Shown here piece by piece: positions 13,776 through 26,175 of a stretch of 64,000 bases of DNA. The position numbers and the translations under genes are program-made. The stretch is taken from positions 18,354,001 to 18,418,000 of the forward strand of contig CM059432.1 in assembly GCA_030390025.1 (NCBI GenBank). Direction: 5' to 3'. The first letter of the stretch is position 1. Each line of letters opens with the position of its first letter. A model generated the notes under the pieces. That model searched no databases and was not told where the DNA came from. It worked only from the letters and a program-made list of their open reading frames with translations. The DNA comes from Squalus acanthias. Lineage: Eukaryota.

Positions 13776-14549
13776 TGATGGTCAGATGAACATTAAAACC
13801 GGCCGAATTGTTCGACAGGTGGCGAGGAGGACCCACTTTTCCCCCCTTGATCTCAATGCCTGTCACTGGTCTAACTCTGGCCAGTAAAAGCAGTGCTCCA
13901 GTGGCAGCATGGTCTTCGCAGATGTGAAACGCACCTTCCAACCCCCCTCCTCGCACGTCCATTTTACACACATTAACACAGGCCTGCCTGTCTCGCGATG
14001 ATGCCATGACTTAATGGACTGACATCATGACAAAATTCCATGGCGCCTGGGCATTGGCCAATTTGTCAAGACCAACCTGTGCATTCACATGCCTCGGAAC
14101 ACAAATTGCTACCGGTCTCCCTGCGACTTGTTGTGTGAAGCTGAGAGTAAGTAAATGCAATAACATTTCCAGACTGCTGCGAATGTTATGTGACTAAATG
14201 TCATGTGACTGTACCTCCAGAAATAGTTCCAACCAGAGTTGGAAAAGCTACCTCTAAAATATGTATCAACAAAGCCATATATTATTGTAGCTTGATTATT
14301 TAAAAAAATGAGATTGCGTAGCTAGTAGATATGTGGGGGAATGGGTTGGGGGAGCAGGGGGTGGCTATGTGGATGGTGCTGATGGTGTGCAGCAGTCTGA
14401 CTGTATAAGACAGTCTTTTCCTTTCATTCATATTTTTATTGTTAGTTTGGAAAGTGTTTTTTATGATGTATCTATTTTTCACTCCTGCTCAGTGACAAAT
14501 TAAGAACTTATGAAGCTTTCGACCAAAGCCCTTCATGAGGTCCCTTCAT

Positions 14550-14978
14550 AATTGAGTAGAATGGGCCCATATTCTCTGGAGTTTAGAAGAATGAGAGGTA
14601 TGCTCATTGAAACATGTAAAATTCATAGAGGCCTTGACAGGGGAGATGCTGAGAGGTTGTTTCCCCTGGCTGGAGAGTCTAGAACTATGGGGCATAGTCT
14701 CAGGATAAGGGGTCGGCCATTTAGGACTGAGATGAGAGAAATTGCTTCACTCAGACGGTTGTGAATCTTTGGAATTCTCCACCCCAGAGGGCTGTAGATA
14801 CTCAGTCGATGAGTATATTCAGGACAGAGATCGATAGACTTTTGGACTCCAGTTGAATCAAAGGATATGGGAATCGGGCAGGAAAGTGGATTTGAGGTCG
14901 ATGATCAGCCATGATCTTATTGAATGGCAGAGCAGGCTCGATGGGCCGTATGCCCTACTCCTGCTCCCATTTCCTATG
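14550..14978 (+). mobile_element. CR1 LINE 3' fragment
   Basis: YSLEFRRMRG...GHSLRIRGRPFRTEMR and CR1 3'UTR. Confidence 0.88.
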
Positions 14979-15304
14979 TATGCTTAGTGGTTGACTAATA
15001 AGAGTGAAAAATACCTTTAATCAAAGCAAGGAACTCTATCAAGACCAAATAATTGAATTTACAAACTTCCGTCTTATTTTCCTTGTAAGTTCATTCATTC
15101 CTTCTCAAAATGGAGATGTTGCAAAAGATATCCCATCCAATCAACATGAGAGAAACAACAGTTAATAAGGACGGGCTCAGGTGAGCCAATAATGCCAATC
15201 AGCATTGCGGTTTTGGGATTGCTGCTCTTGGGTGCTGCGTGCCCCACAAAGCAGAGCTCGTCCCAGAACTCAAGGTTGGCTTATTGACATAATCTCTGCA
15301 TATT

Positions 15305-15900
15305 ATGATGTCATTCTTGTGTAGGACCCTGGTCAGGCCACACTTAGAATACTGTCCACAGTTCTGGTCTCCATACTATAAAAAGGACGTAGAAGTACTG
15401 GCAAAAGTGCAAAAAAAGATTTACAACGATGGTACCAGAACTGAGAGATTACAGCTATCGGGAAAGATTGAACAGGTTGGGGCTTTTTTCTTTAGAAAAG
15501 CGAAGGTTTAGAGGTGACCTGATAGAGGTCTTTAAAATTATGAATGGGTTGGACAGGGTAGATGCGGAGAGGATGTTTCCACTTGTGGGAGAATCCAAAA
15601 CTAGGGGCCATCAACACAAGATAGTTACTAGTAAATCCAGCAGGGAAATAAGGAGAAATTTCTTTACTCAGAGAATGGTTAAAATGTGGAACTCGCTGCC
15701 ACAGGAAGTTGAGGCAAATAGCTTAGATTCTTTCAAAAGGAAACTAGATGAGTACATGAGAGAAAAGAGAATAGAAAGATATGCTGAAAGGCCGAGATGA
15801 GGCGGATGGAATGGGAGGAGACTCATGTGGAGTATAAACACCAGCAGAGACTGGTTGGGCCGAATGGCCTGTTTCTGTGCTGTAGACTCTATGTAATTCT
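15305..15900 (+). mobile_element. CR1 LINE 3' fragment
   Basis: LVRPHLEYCPQFWSPY; FFTQRMVKMWNSLP. Confidence 0.88.
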
Positions 15901-16392
15901 ATATAATTATTAAAAATCTTGTGTAGAGAGCACACTTTGCATCCACAAACCTTACTTCCATTTGCCATGACTTTTGGGAAAGATTTTCTGTAAACAATTA
16001 ACTTTTTAAATTGTTATGTCAACATTTCCTACTCAATTTTGTTACGCCAGCTGTCACAATGTCGTTGCAGACTCTGTGGGCTGAAGTCACTCTTCCAACT
16101 CCATCGCCAACTTGGTTATAAAAAAAAATATTTATCAACTGTCAGCAATGCTGCAGGGACATCACTGGATTTTATTAAGATATAAACATCTCAACTTCAG
16201 AACAAGTTCCCTTTGGACTTGTATTTTGCAAATCGCAATTGCTTCTTTTAACAGCTTGTAGTGTATTTGATCTTTGGTCTTGGCCTGAGTTGACAATCCA
16301 CATCTATATTGACCCCCTTAATCAGAAAATGGCCCTTAAGTACCACGCGTGCTGCTCTTTGCCGCAACAACGTGGGAGAGGCAGTGAGGTGT

Positions 16393-17125
16393 TGTAACAC
16401 TGTCACGGTAAACTTGACTGAATCTCCATTTGACTGAATCTAAAAGTGACCACATTTTACCATCATGCTTCGCGAGGACAAAGACTGGTTGCTGTGAACT
16501 TTGCAAAATAAACTGTTTGACTTGCAAGCTGTAAAAGCTGCCAATTGTCTTTCAACAGATATGGAAAACATTGAAGTTCTGTGGGAACAGATTATTGACT
16601 GTGAAATCAGAGCAACAACAGAAACATCTTCAGACTATGGAATGTACCGAGCCTTCAAGGCCCACAGTTGCCTAACGGACCAGTGATAAGAGGGTCTGGG
16701 AAACAACGGCCGACCATTATGCCGTATAGTCAGGGACACGTACGCAGTGGGAAGGTTGCCAAATTTTGGGGTATAAAAGGTGCTGTTTCTAAACATTCGG
16801 GGCTGCAGTCGGGGCTATAGTTGATGGCGACCTGGTCAGTTGCCAGTTAAAGTTAGTCATACGTCTATCATCGTTGAATTGACATCTCATCTGGTGAATA
16901 GTAACATATGTGGTTTTGCTTAAAATCAACGGAGCTTCAAGTAAATGATTTTAGATGCTTGATTGTGATAATTACATGAATTGAGAACAGTTTGTATTCT
17001 GGAAATTACTTATAGCCTCTTGTTGATTTTTAAGTAAAAGACGTTTCACAGATTCATTGGGTTTTGTTTTGTCTGTTCCTCGAGTCTGAACTCTATAAAC
17101 TGTCAGACAATCAGAACGTCTTAGA
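16393..17125 (+). mobile_element. Solo LTR, family B (older, diverged copy)
   Basis: Homologous over its length to the reverse complement of 49563-51082; termini TGTAA...CTTAGA; near-TSD GTGT/GTGG; TATAAAA at 16772-16778; AGTAAA at 17033-17038. Confidence 0.7.
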
Positions 17126-17727
17126 GTGGCAATATCCATTCTCTGTATTTATTAATAATTTGTATATGATGACACTATTGGATCTGCTGGTCTGCAAACA
17201 GAGCTTAAGAGCAAGAAAGTCTTCCATTCAAATAGTGTCTTAGCACACTTCTCAAACATTGAATTGCCGTGACTGGTCATATAAGCAAATGCAGCAACTA
17301 TTTTGCACACAGCAAGATCCCACAAACTGCAACAAAATGAGTGACCAACAGATTCAAAACCAATTTTTATACCATAAGTGTTTTAATGTTTAATCGTTTT
17401 GACCTAATTTGCGACAAGTAGATGGTTGGACATTCAATAGCATCATCAGATTAATAAATACAGAGGATGGAGAGGCATGTCTCACTCCCTCTCCCACATG
17501 AGTGGCCAGTTAATTGGTATTGATCATGGGAGGATTTTTAGTCAGGACATGAGGAGAGCTCAAAGGACAATGGGATGGATTTCCACGTTGGTTCTCCCGA
17601 TTGTCTGCCATATGCTTACGTCATTTTTTTCCCCCCCCAAGTTACTCCGAAGTTATGGAACATGAGCAGGAGAACTCTTGTGGAATTCGCCCGCAATGAT
17701 CTTAACAGCACAGGCCATATCAGGACC

Positions 17728-19390
17728 TGTAGGGGGTGATGGTTTGTGTCAGCTTTACCTCTGACTTCTGAGCGGTTCGAATCGCTCCCACTCCCTTGGT
17801 TCTAGACCTTGGACTTATTTGGGGGTTGTGATACAAAAGGTGCAGCAGACAACTGAGTTTGATGAAAGAACTTTAATCTTTATTAAAAGGAAGACACAAA
17901 TAATAACACTCTTAACACTCTAAAGGTGGGGAACACTTCGGTACAAGCGAGGGAAATGACAGTAGAACAATACTTCACCCCTCCCAACCCCACTTTACGA
18001 GCTAAGTTAGGTTTTGAAGGACCAGGGATAATGCTCACCAATCCTTTGACAGTTGGGCTAAATCGCGGTTTTGGGGTTCGCTGTTTATGGCGGTTAGTGT
18101 CTGCCGTACCCCGTACACGGTAGAGGACTTCACCTGAGTCTCTGGTCAGTCTTCGCGAGTCCGCTGATGCGGTAGGATGTCGTTTTGGATTTATCTGGTG
18201 AGTACCCAATTTCTTTGGTTTAGCAGTAGGGCTTAGAGTCTTTGGGGAAAATCTTACCCAGGGGTAAGTCAGGAGTAGTTTGTAGTGTGGAAACTTTGCA
18301 GTTCTTCGGGTTTTCTTCCCTTGAGTTGGTCTTTGTTGGTCGCGGTGGCCTGCTATTACCCGGTCAGTTGGGGGTAATGCGCGGTTGTTGGTTTCGTGAG
18401 GCCTTTGGTTTCCGCGATGGCTTTAGGCCTTGTTTAGTGTGTCGGTCGACCTCGTGGAGCCGTCGATGACTTGTTGCTGCTTGTTGCTCTGGGTGACTGT
18501 GTTGGGACCGTTGTTGGAGGTCCGTCGAGGTGGTATCTTCACGAGCTGGACTCAGGTGTGTCTGAGTGGTGAGCGATGCCGACTCGCTTCCAGCTCAGGT
18601 TTTCTTCTTCCTGGTGATCACCGGTTGCGACTGACTGCTCGACCTCTCCTTTGAACTGCTTGGTGGGCCTTCAATTATACTAAATTGAAGTGGCCTTATC
18701 TACCCGCCCAATCTACTCAGTTCATTGTCTGGTTTTTGGCGGGCTCGTAAATCGGTAACGACTTACTAGCACGTTAACTGGGTTTTTTAACAGACCTTCA
18801 ATCTCACCCATTGAACATGGCCTTATCTACCCGCCAAATTTACTCAGTTCATTGTCTGAATTTTGGCGGGCCTGTTACCAGTAACTGCTCTGTAAGTGTC
18901 AAATGGGTTTTGGGATGGTTTGCATCCTGTCGATCTTGGCTGATCACTGGTGATTGGTTTCGTGTTTTGGGTTTCTAGGCTGGACTCAGTCTTTTCTATA
19001 GACTGGTCCTGAGTGGTTTGTATTATGCATGTTTTCTGATGGGCCCTGCAATCGGTTTGATAGGGCCTGTTATTTTGGGTGGGACTGTCTTCTCCCAGGG
19101 TCTATTGTCAAAATGTTAATGCCTGCTGGGGCTTGAGTAGGGTCATCCCGGTTCCCCAGACAGTGCAATTAACTGCAATAACCAAAACTGCTTTTACAGA
19201 GGTTGATCCCACCTTCCTTCACAGCCTTTTCTCCCTTTACAGGTCCAGACATGTTTTAAAAATGCCAAAACTTGGTTTTTGGTCTTATATTCCTTAGGTT
19301 AGGCCCAAATGCAATTTTATCACTCTGAGGTAGTTCCAAAGTCCTTTTTCCTTAGGTTTTGGGGATCTGTAAAATTTTGGAAACCTTACA
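17728..19390 (-). mobile_element. Solo LTR, family A (1663 bp)
   Basis: TG...CA termini; exact 4-bp TSD GACC (17724-17727 and 19391-19394); full-length homologue at 51757-53465; TATA and AATAAA on the minus strand. Confidence 0.88.
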
Positions 19391-19771
19391 GACCTGAACC
19401 TTGCCACAAAACTGAACATAGGTGCCAAAACCTACTTAATAGAACATTTTCAATCTAAATTGAAACCCGCTTAATCAATATTGATTTACATAGTAAAATT
19501 CCATTATTGAACACTGCAAGCAAAATATAATTGTATTGATTTCTTATTCCAAGTCTTGTCTCCAACAATCTTGTATGAGAGCACTAAATTGTAAAATAAG
19601 CTTTTAGTGATTAAACAGTGTTTGAGCACTGTCGGCTTGATATTCGACACAATTAACACAGTAATGCCCTTAGTCTGGCTACCCTGAATCATTTAATGAC
19701 AACTGCATTAGTAGTGCACAGTATTTTGTTGAAAGATAAGTTGCACTAATATTTGCAGCCCTTAATATGAT

Positions 19772-20191
19772 TTTTTATTTATTCGTTCACGGGATGTGGG
19801 CATCGCCCGCAAGGCTGGCATTTATTGCCCATTCCAAATTGCTCTCGAGAAGGTGGTGGTGAGCCACCTTATACAACTGAGTGGCTTGCTAGGCCATTTC
19901 AGAGGGCAGTTAAGAGTCAACCACATTGCTGTGGATCTGGAGTCACATTCAGGCCAGACCGGGTAAGGACAGCAGGTATCCTTCCCTAAAGGACATGTAG
20001 TGAACCAGATCGGTTTTTACTAAAATCCATGGTCACCATTACTGATACTAACGTTTCATGCCAGATTTATTTAATTAACTGAATTTAAATTCCCCAGCTG
20101 CCATGGTAGGATTTGAACTAATTCCTGTGGATCATTAGTCCAGCCCTCTGGATTACTAGTCTGGTGACATAACCACTATGCTACCATACCC
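19772..20191 (-). mobile_element. tRNA-headed SINE with RTEX-like 3' tail
   Basis: A box TAGCATAGTGG and B box GTTCAAATCC on the minus strand; tail 19772-19870 matches the RTEX-like 3' ends; putative TSD ATGAT. Confidence 0.8.
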
Positions 20192-20337
20192 ATGATGCGA
20201 GGAAACAATGTTAGAAATGAAAAGTTTTCCTCGTTTTGGATCCATTCCGGGTATGAGCTAGAAGACCAATAACGCTGTATAAATCTGTTTCCCAATGTTG
20301 TATGTTACTTAAAAAACACACTCCAAGCCTTAAAAGC

Positions 20338-20800
20338 AGAAAGACTTGCATTTATATAGTGTCTTACACAACCTCAGGATGTCCCAAAGTGCTTTACAGC
20401 CAAGTGAAGTACTTTTTGAAGTGTAGTCACTGTTGTAAGGCAGGAAATGCGGCAGCCAATTTGCACACAGCAAGCGCCCACAAACAGTAATGAGATAATG
20501 GCCAGATATAATCTGTTTTTTTTAGTGATGTTGGTTGAGGGATAAATATTGGCCAGAACACCGGGGAGAAATTCTTCTTCATAATAGTGCCACGGGATCT
20601 TTCACGTCCACCTGAGAGGGCAAACATGGGCCCAGTTTAATGTCTCACCTGTAAGACAGGACTCTTGACAGTGCGGCCCTCCCTCAGCACTGCACTGGAG
20701 TGTCAGCCTCGATTTTGTGCTCAAGTCTCAGGGGTGGGATTTGAACTCATAGACGTTCTGATTCAGAGGTGAGAGTGCGACCAACTGAGCCACAGCTGGC
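20338..20800 (-). mobile_element. SacSINE1-like DeuSINE
   Basis: Collinear match to 11946-12408 and 38752-39215. Confidence 0.85.
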
Positions 20801-21240
20801 ATCAGAAAGCAAAAAACATTTAGCTGTAGTCGAGTGAAACTCTTCTCTGCTCTACACTCAGATCTGCAGGTGGAAGTCCTGAATGTGCACGATCATAAGA
20901 GACTATTGTGATCCAACCAGCCAGGCCCGAAGTTTGAAAAATACCAGACACGACTCTATCTCTTAAACCCCTCAGTCACTTTCTCTGCCAAATTTCTAAC
21001 TACCTCTCTCCTGAATTTACCTGAATTTACCAACACTATTCGCTTCCTTTTTAATGGGATATCTTGCAGTGTGATTCATATGCTCATCCCCCCTCTAGTG
21101 CAGAGAAATCAAAACAATCTATTCACTTTCCCGACAGTCAGCTAGAGCCCTTGCCCCCTTGCATTTCAGACACAAGTTCAAAACTCAGCTCCATACGATT
21201 CTGCGATTTTTAGGCGTGCTGTGAACCTGAGTATAGGTAG

Positions 21241-21740
21241 AGCTCAGGCCAACATCCCCAGCATCGAAGCTTTGACCACGCTCGATCAGCTCCGATGGAC
21301 GGGCCACATCGTCCGCATGCCCGAAACGAGACTCCCTAAAACAAGCGCTCTACTCGGAGCTCCGACACGGCAAGAGAGCCTCAGGTGGGCAGAGGAAACG
21401 CTTCAAGGACACCCTCAAAGCCTCCTTGAAAAAGTGCAGCATCCCCACCGACACCTGGGAATCCCTGGCCCAAGACCGCACAAAGTGGAGGAGAAGCCTT
21501 CGGGAAGGCGCCGAACACCTCGAGTCTCTTCGCCGGGAGCAAGCGGAAGCCAAGCGCAAACAGCGGAAGGAGCGCACGTCAACCCAAGCACCCCACTCAC
21601 CCGCCCCTTCAACCACCGTCTGCCCCACCTGTGACAGAGACTGTAGGTCCCGCATTGGACTCATCAGTCACCTGAGAACTCATTTTTAGTGTGGAAGCAA
21701 GTCATCCTCGGTTCCGAGGGACTGCCTAAGAAGAGAAGAA
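21241..21740 (+). mobile_element. RTE (BovB-like clade) LINE, 5'-truncated
   Basis: QLRWTGHIVRMP; C-terminal CPTCDRDCRSRIGLISHLRTH zinc finger; putative TSD AGGTAG. Confidence 0.88.
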
Positions 21741-22619
21741 GGTAGGCCAGTTACTAAATTTGAGGAACAGACCAGGAATATGAATGTCATTGTCATTGAA
21801 CAATTCAGGGCAATCAGACTTAGGGGATGACTGTGTTAATTGTGTTGAATACCAAGATTACTGTACTTGTTACCCAGTGCTCAATGTGGATTATATTTGT
21901 GTAATGGACTCATTTCACCACAAACTGGGTGGCAGTAGAGTTTAAACAATTTGGAATTACAATTTATCTGAAAGGATTATTGGGGCTAATTTTCAAACAC
22001 CTTGGTTCGTCTCCACAGCATGTGTAGCTCAATTCAGGTAGGGACTTTTAGCTTCCTCCAATATATTTGCAAAAGAGAAAAGCTGAGTTTCTCCAAAAAG
22101 CTAATGGTGCACCTGAGATGCCATTGGATGTGCAAATGATGTCCCATTATCCAGATGACACATCAGTATGGGAACTGACATATCCAGCCCCATCCTCCCT
22201 AGACACAGCTTGTACTGCTGCAGCAATTTGCCAATTTATATGCAAATGCAGCACAGCAAAAGTGATGATTTTGCAAAAAGGCAGCACCAGGGACCTCAAA
22301 AAATGCTTGCACAATGATCAACGCTCCCAGCAAACAATAACGTTCAAAATGCAGCCAAAACAACAACAATCTAGCTTTAAGAGGGCCTGCTGATCAGGTC
22401 TTGATTGCATCAGCACTGATGTCCCCCCGTTTCCATGGACAAGACTAAGGCTGTGTGGCCAAAGTTCACCCAAGTTTGTAAAATTTGGTTTGGGACATGA
22501 TTTCCTTCATTTAAATATTAATAAGAGGATTCAGAGGAGAACAATCCTCTGGAAAAAGCACCGTCACACCTTCCATCCCTCCCAAGCATCACCACAGAGA
22601 TTGGCACCCTGGGTGAGTT

Positions 22620-24006
22620 CTCTCTCTTAGGCAGTCCCTCGGGAACGAGTATGACTTGCTTCCACACTAAAAATGAGTTCTCAGGTGACTGATAAGTCCA
22701 ATGCGGGACCTACGGTCTCTGTCACAGGTGGGGCAGACGGTGGTTGAAGGGGCGGGTGGGTGGGGTGCTTGGGTTGACGTGCGCTCCTTGCGCTGCTTGC
22801 GCATGGCTTCCGCTTGCTCCCGGCGAAGAGACTCGAGGTGTTCGGCGCCTTCCCGGATGCTTCTCCTCCACTTTGCGCGGTCTTGGGTCAGGGATTCCCA
22901 GGTGTCGGTGGGGATGTTGCACTTTTTCAAGGAGGCTTTGAGGGTGTCCTTGAAGCGTTTCCACTGCCCACCTGGGGCTCTCTCGCCATGTCGGAGCTCC
23001 GAGTAGAGCGCTTGTTTTGGGAATCTCGTATCGGGCATGCGGACGATGTGACCTGTCCATTGGAGCTGATCGAGCGTGGTCAAAGCTTCGATGCTGGGTA
23101 TGTTGGCCTGAGCGAGACTGACGTTGGTGCGCCTATCCTGTCAATGGATTTGCAGGATTTTGCGGAGGCAGCATTGGTGGTACCTCTCCAGTGCTTTGAG
23201 GTGCCTGCTGTACATGGTCCATGTCTCTGAGGCATACAGCAGGGCGGGTATTACTGCTGCTCTGTAGACCATGAGCTTAGTGCCGGGTTTGAGGTCCTGG
23301 TCTTCAAACACTCTCTTCCTCAGGCGACCGAAGGCTGCACTGGCACACTGAAGGCGGTGTTGGACTTCGCCATCGACGTCTGCCCTTGTTGACAGTAGGC
23401 TCCCGAGGTATGGAAAGTGGTCCATGTTGTACAAGGCCTTGTCGTGGATTTTGATAATCCGGGGGCAGTACTGTGTGGCGGGGGCAGGTTGGTAGAGGAC
23501 CTTTGTCTTACGGATGTTTAGTGTAAGGCCCATGCTCTCGTACGCTTCGGTGAAGGTGTTGACGATGGTTTGGAGTTCGACCTCCGAGTGAGCGCAGACG
23601 CAAGCGTCGTCTGCATACTGTAATTCGACGACAGAGGATGGGACGACCTTGGGTCTGGACTGGAGGCGACGGAGGTTGAACAGTTTCCCGTTTGTTCTGT
23701 AGATTAGCTCCACTCCAGCGGGGAGCTTACTGAGGGTGAGATGGAGCATTGCAGCCAGGAAGATCGAGAAGAGCGTTGGTGCGATGACACAGCCTTGCTT
23801 GACCCCGGTCCGTACGTGAATTGGGTCTGTGGTGGATCCGTTGGTCAGGATCACGGCTTGCAGGTTGTCGTGAAGCAGGCGGAGGATGGTGCCAAACTTT
23901 TGAGGGCAGCCGAATTTGAGGAGGACGCTCCATAATCCCTCATGGTTGACAGTGTCGAAGGCCTTTGTGAGATCAAAGAAGGCCATGTACAACGGGTGTG
24001 CATCTA
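22620..24006 (-). mobile_element. RTE (BovB-like clade) LINE, 5'-truncated, RT domain to 3' end
   Basis: FFDLTKAFDTV, GVKQGCVIAPTLF and LQYADD in ORF 23141-24118; zinc finger in ORF 22667-23083; near-TSD CCTGGGTGAGTT/CCTGTGTGAGTT. Confidence 0.93.
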
Positions 24007-24381
24007 CCTGTGTGAGTTGGTGGGGTTTGTACTGGTGAAGCACCCAGCACAAGTGAGCAGGTGCAGGAGCAGGGACTAGTGGAAATAATCGCCTTGGAGA
24101 CGCCTCAGCAGAGGGCAAGCTTGGTTCTGAGCTCTGCTGAGGAGGACAGAGATGCTGACTTCAGGGGGCCCAGCCTGCAAAGGAGAACACCTTTCGGCCC
24201 ACGTGCGATTGTACGATGTATTGGAAAGCCTGCCAAAGTGTTGCTGTACCATCTCTGGAAGTTTGGCTTGTGTGGCATTCTGTCGCAGGACATCAGCATT
24301 CTGCAGTCTACCATGTAGCGTGTGGTCACCTCCATGGACACTGCGGCTGCAACTCGGTCTACGTGCCAGGATTCTGTGTCA

Positions 24382-24665
24382 TCATAGGGGCAGAGGAACA
24401 GGAGTAGGCCATTCAGCCCTTCGAGCCTGCTCCGTCATTCATTTAGATCATGGGTGATTTGTATCTTAACTCCATCTACCTGCCTTGATTCCATAACCCT
24501 TAATACCCTTGTCTAACGAAAATCTATCAATCTCAGTTTTGAAATTTTCAATTGATCTAGCTTTGGGGGAGAGAGTTCCCGATCTCCACTGCCCTTGTGT
24601 GAAGAAATGCTTCCTGATATCACTCATGAATGGCCTAAGTCTAATCTTAAGGTTATGCCCCCTTG
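24382..24665 (-). mobile_element. CR1 3' end fragment
   Basis: Matches the CR1 3' end of 31670-32560 in reverse complement. Confidence 0.8.
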
Positions 24666-24992
24666 ATGGAAGCTCAAATTACTGCGATACCAACTCTGGG
24701 CTCCAACATCCACTCCACCTTGGAGGAACTGGCATCATTGATCTCAAGTCTGCTTTCCTGCAGGTAGTGTGAGTGACGAGCCACCGCCCTGGTGGTGGGG
24801 GAGGGGAGGGGTGGCAGTGCCACCTTTCAGGATGTTTGTACATCAGCTCATTTGCCACCTCCTAAACCGCTGTTGTCACTGTGCCGGACAGCCAGCTGAG
24901 CCAGTGGAGATGGAGTTGGCAGCCGAGCCTTCAAAGGCCCGAGCACACAAGGAATAGCGACCACGAGCACCTCAACATGAGCAATAGCAGCC

Positions 24993-25670
24993 TTTCATCA
25001 GCTACGCTGGCATCATCTCCGAGCGCATCGCCCAGTTAGCGCTCCCGATGCAAAATTCCCCTCTTTCGCCTGCCTGTGCGCCTCTGTTTTTTAGCGACAG
25101 GTTCAGCAGGTGTTTTCCAGTCGGGAGGCCTGTGGAGGAGCGCTACTTAAAAGGCATCCACTTCCGGTTGTTGTTTGTGTTGGCTAGGACATCGAACCTT
25201 TTGCTGCTCAAAAGCAAAGAGCCCTTTTGAGTATTGGAAGCGTTTTTGAGATTTCAGAGTTTGCTGCTGAATAAGGAATCTTCATTTGCATTAGGGTGTG
25301 ATTTGTTGGTTAATAGGTAGTTCTTCTCAGAGCAATGAAAAGGGTCTGTAGTATGTCTCTGTTCTCCTCGAAGCAAGCAAAGCTGCAAATGAGCATCTGG
25401 TGAATGATCGAACCTCCCCTTTAAGAGCTGCAAAGAAGCAACGCGAGTGATCAAATCTGTTTGGAACTCACCTGAAATTCACCAGCTGTCTGGTGTTAGC
25501 GCCCCTGTCGTGCCTCACTGAGGACATTAGCGCTTGATTTAGAGCCCCTCTCCCTTCCTGGGGCGATGTCAGGGAATTTAGGTGAGGCTCAGAATCATTA
25601 GCGCCGGGCGCTAACTTTCAAACTTTTTCCAGTTAGCGCCCCAAATGGCCCTCATGGGGAATTTTGCCCC
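24993..25670. mobile_element. MITE-like DNA transposon fragment
   Basis: Inverted GCAAAATTCCCC / GGGGAATTTTGC motifs and a CCCCC terminus at 25670; left end unclear. Confidence 0.4.
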
Positions 25671-25879
25671 CAAGGACTATTGATGTGGAGGGGGGTTGTT
25701 GAACGTTTGAGGAGAATGAGCAGGTCAACCCAAGTGCTGCACCATCAACCCATCCCTGACATCTCTGGCTGCACGGTGTTGTACTGGCCCTCCCTCTTTT
25801 GTTCCTTCCTTTCCTTCAGCCAAGCCTTCCTCATCAGATGAGGGGAGTTTCTTCTGCTGTTCCTCCTCCAAATGCAATC

Positions 25880-26175
25880 CTTTTAGGATTGTGAGGTGGT
25901 GCCACCTACATTACACTAACACAGTGCGTGAGACTCTCTGTGGGCTGTACTGAAGCGAGCTCCCAGACCTATCCAGGTAGCTAAGCTGCTACTTCAAGCG
26001 TCCAATTGTCTGCTGATTGATTATCCTGGTGGTCCCATGGCTCTGGTAGTATCTCACCTGTGCGGGCGGGCTGGGATTATGGAGGCGGGTTGCCATTGGT
26101 CATGTGTGGATGGGGTGGACCTTGTCCCCTAGCAGCCATTCTCTGACGTTCCTTGATAGGTGGAATAGTGGGAGG
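25880..26175 (-). pseudogene. PIF/Harbinger (HARBI1-like) transposase C-terminal remnant
   Basis: Minus strand reads EWLLGDKVHPIHT*PMATRLHNP...RYYQSHGTTRIINQQTIGRLK*QLSYLDRSGSSLQYSPQRVSR, matching WLLGDxGY...YNxxHxxTR..IE..IG.LK.RFRCLDRSGG.LQY.P; in-frame stops. Confidence 0.85.

Larger units (their letters stand above)
22540..24990 (+). pseudogene. Possible decayed second (Myb/SANT-type) gene region of a Harbinger element, interrupted by RTE and CR1
   Basis: Lies tail-to-tail with the transposase remnant at 25880-26175, as expected for Harbinger; sequence continues across both insertions; no Myb motif directly seen. Confidence 0.3.

Noticed and set aside
16559..16686. Apparent plus-strand exon (acceptor TTTCAACAG, MENIEVLW...)
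   Set aside because: It lies inside LTR-B U3, and the frame is not preserved in the other copy.
17883..18209. ORFs shared between the two LTR-A copies (also 53028-53390) as a viral accessory gene
   Set aside because: Sharing is expected from copy similarity; there is no recognisable motif and the start and stop positions differ between copies.
23141..24118. 325-aa ORF as an active reverse transcriptase or retron-like gene
   Set aside because: 5'-truncated RTE fragment whose N-terminal residues come from flanking DNA; it has no endonuclease and a stop before the C-terminus.
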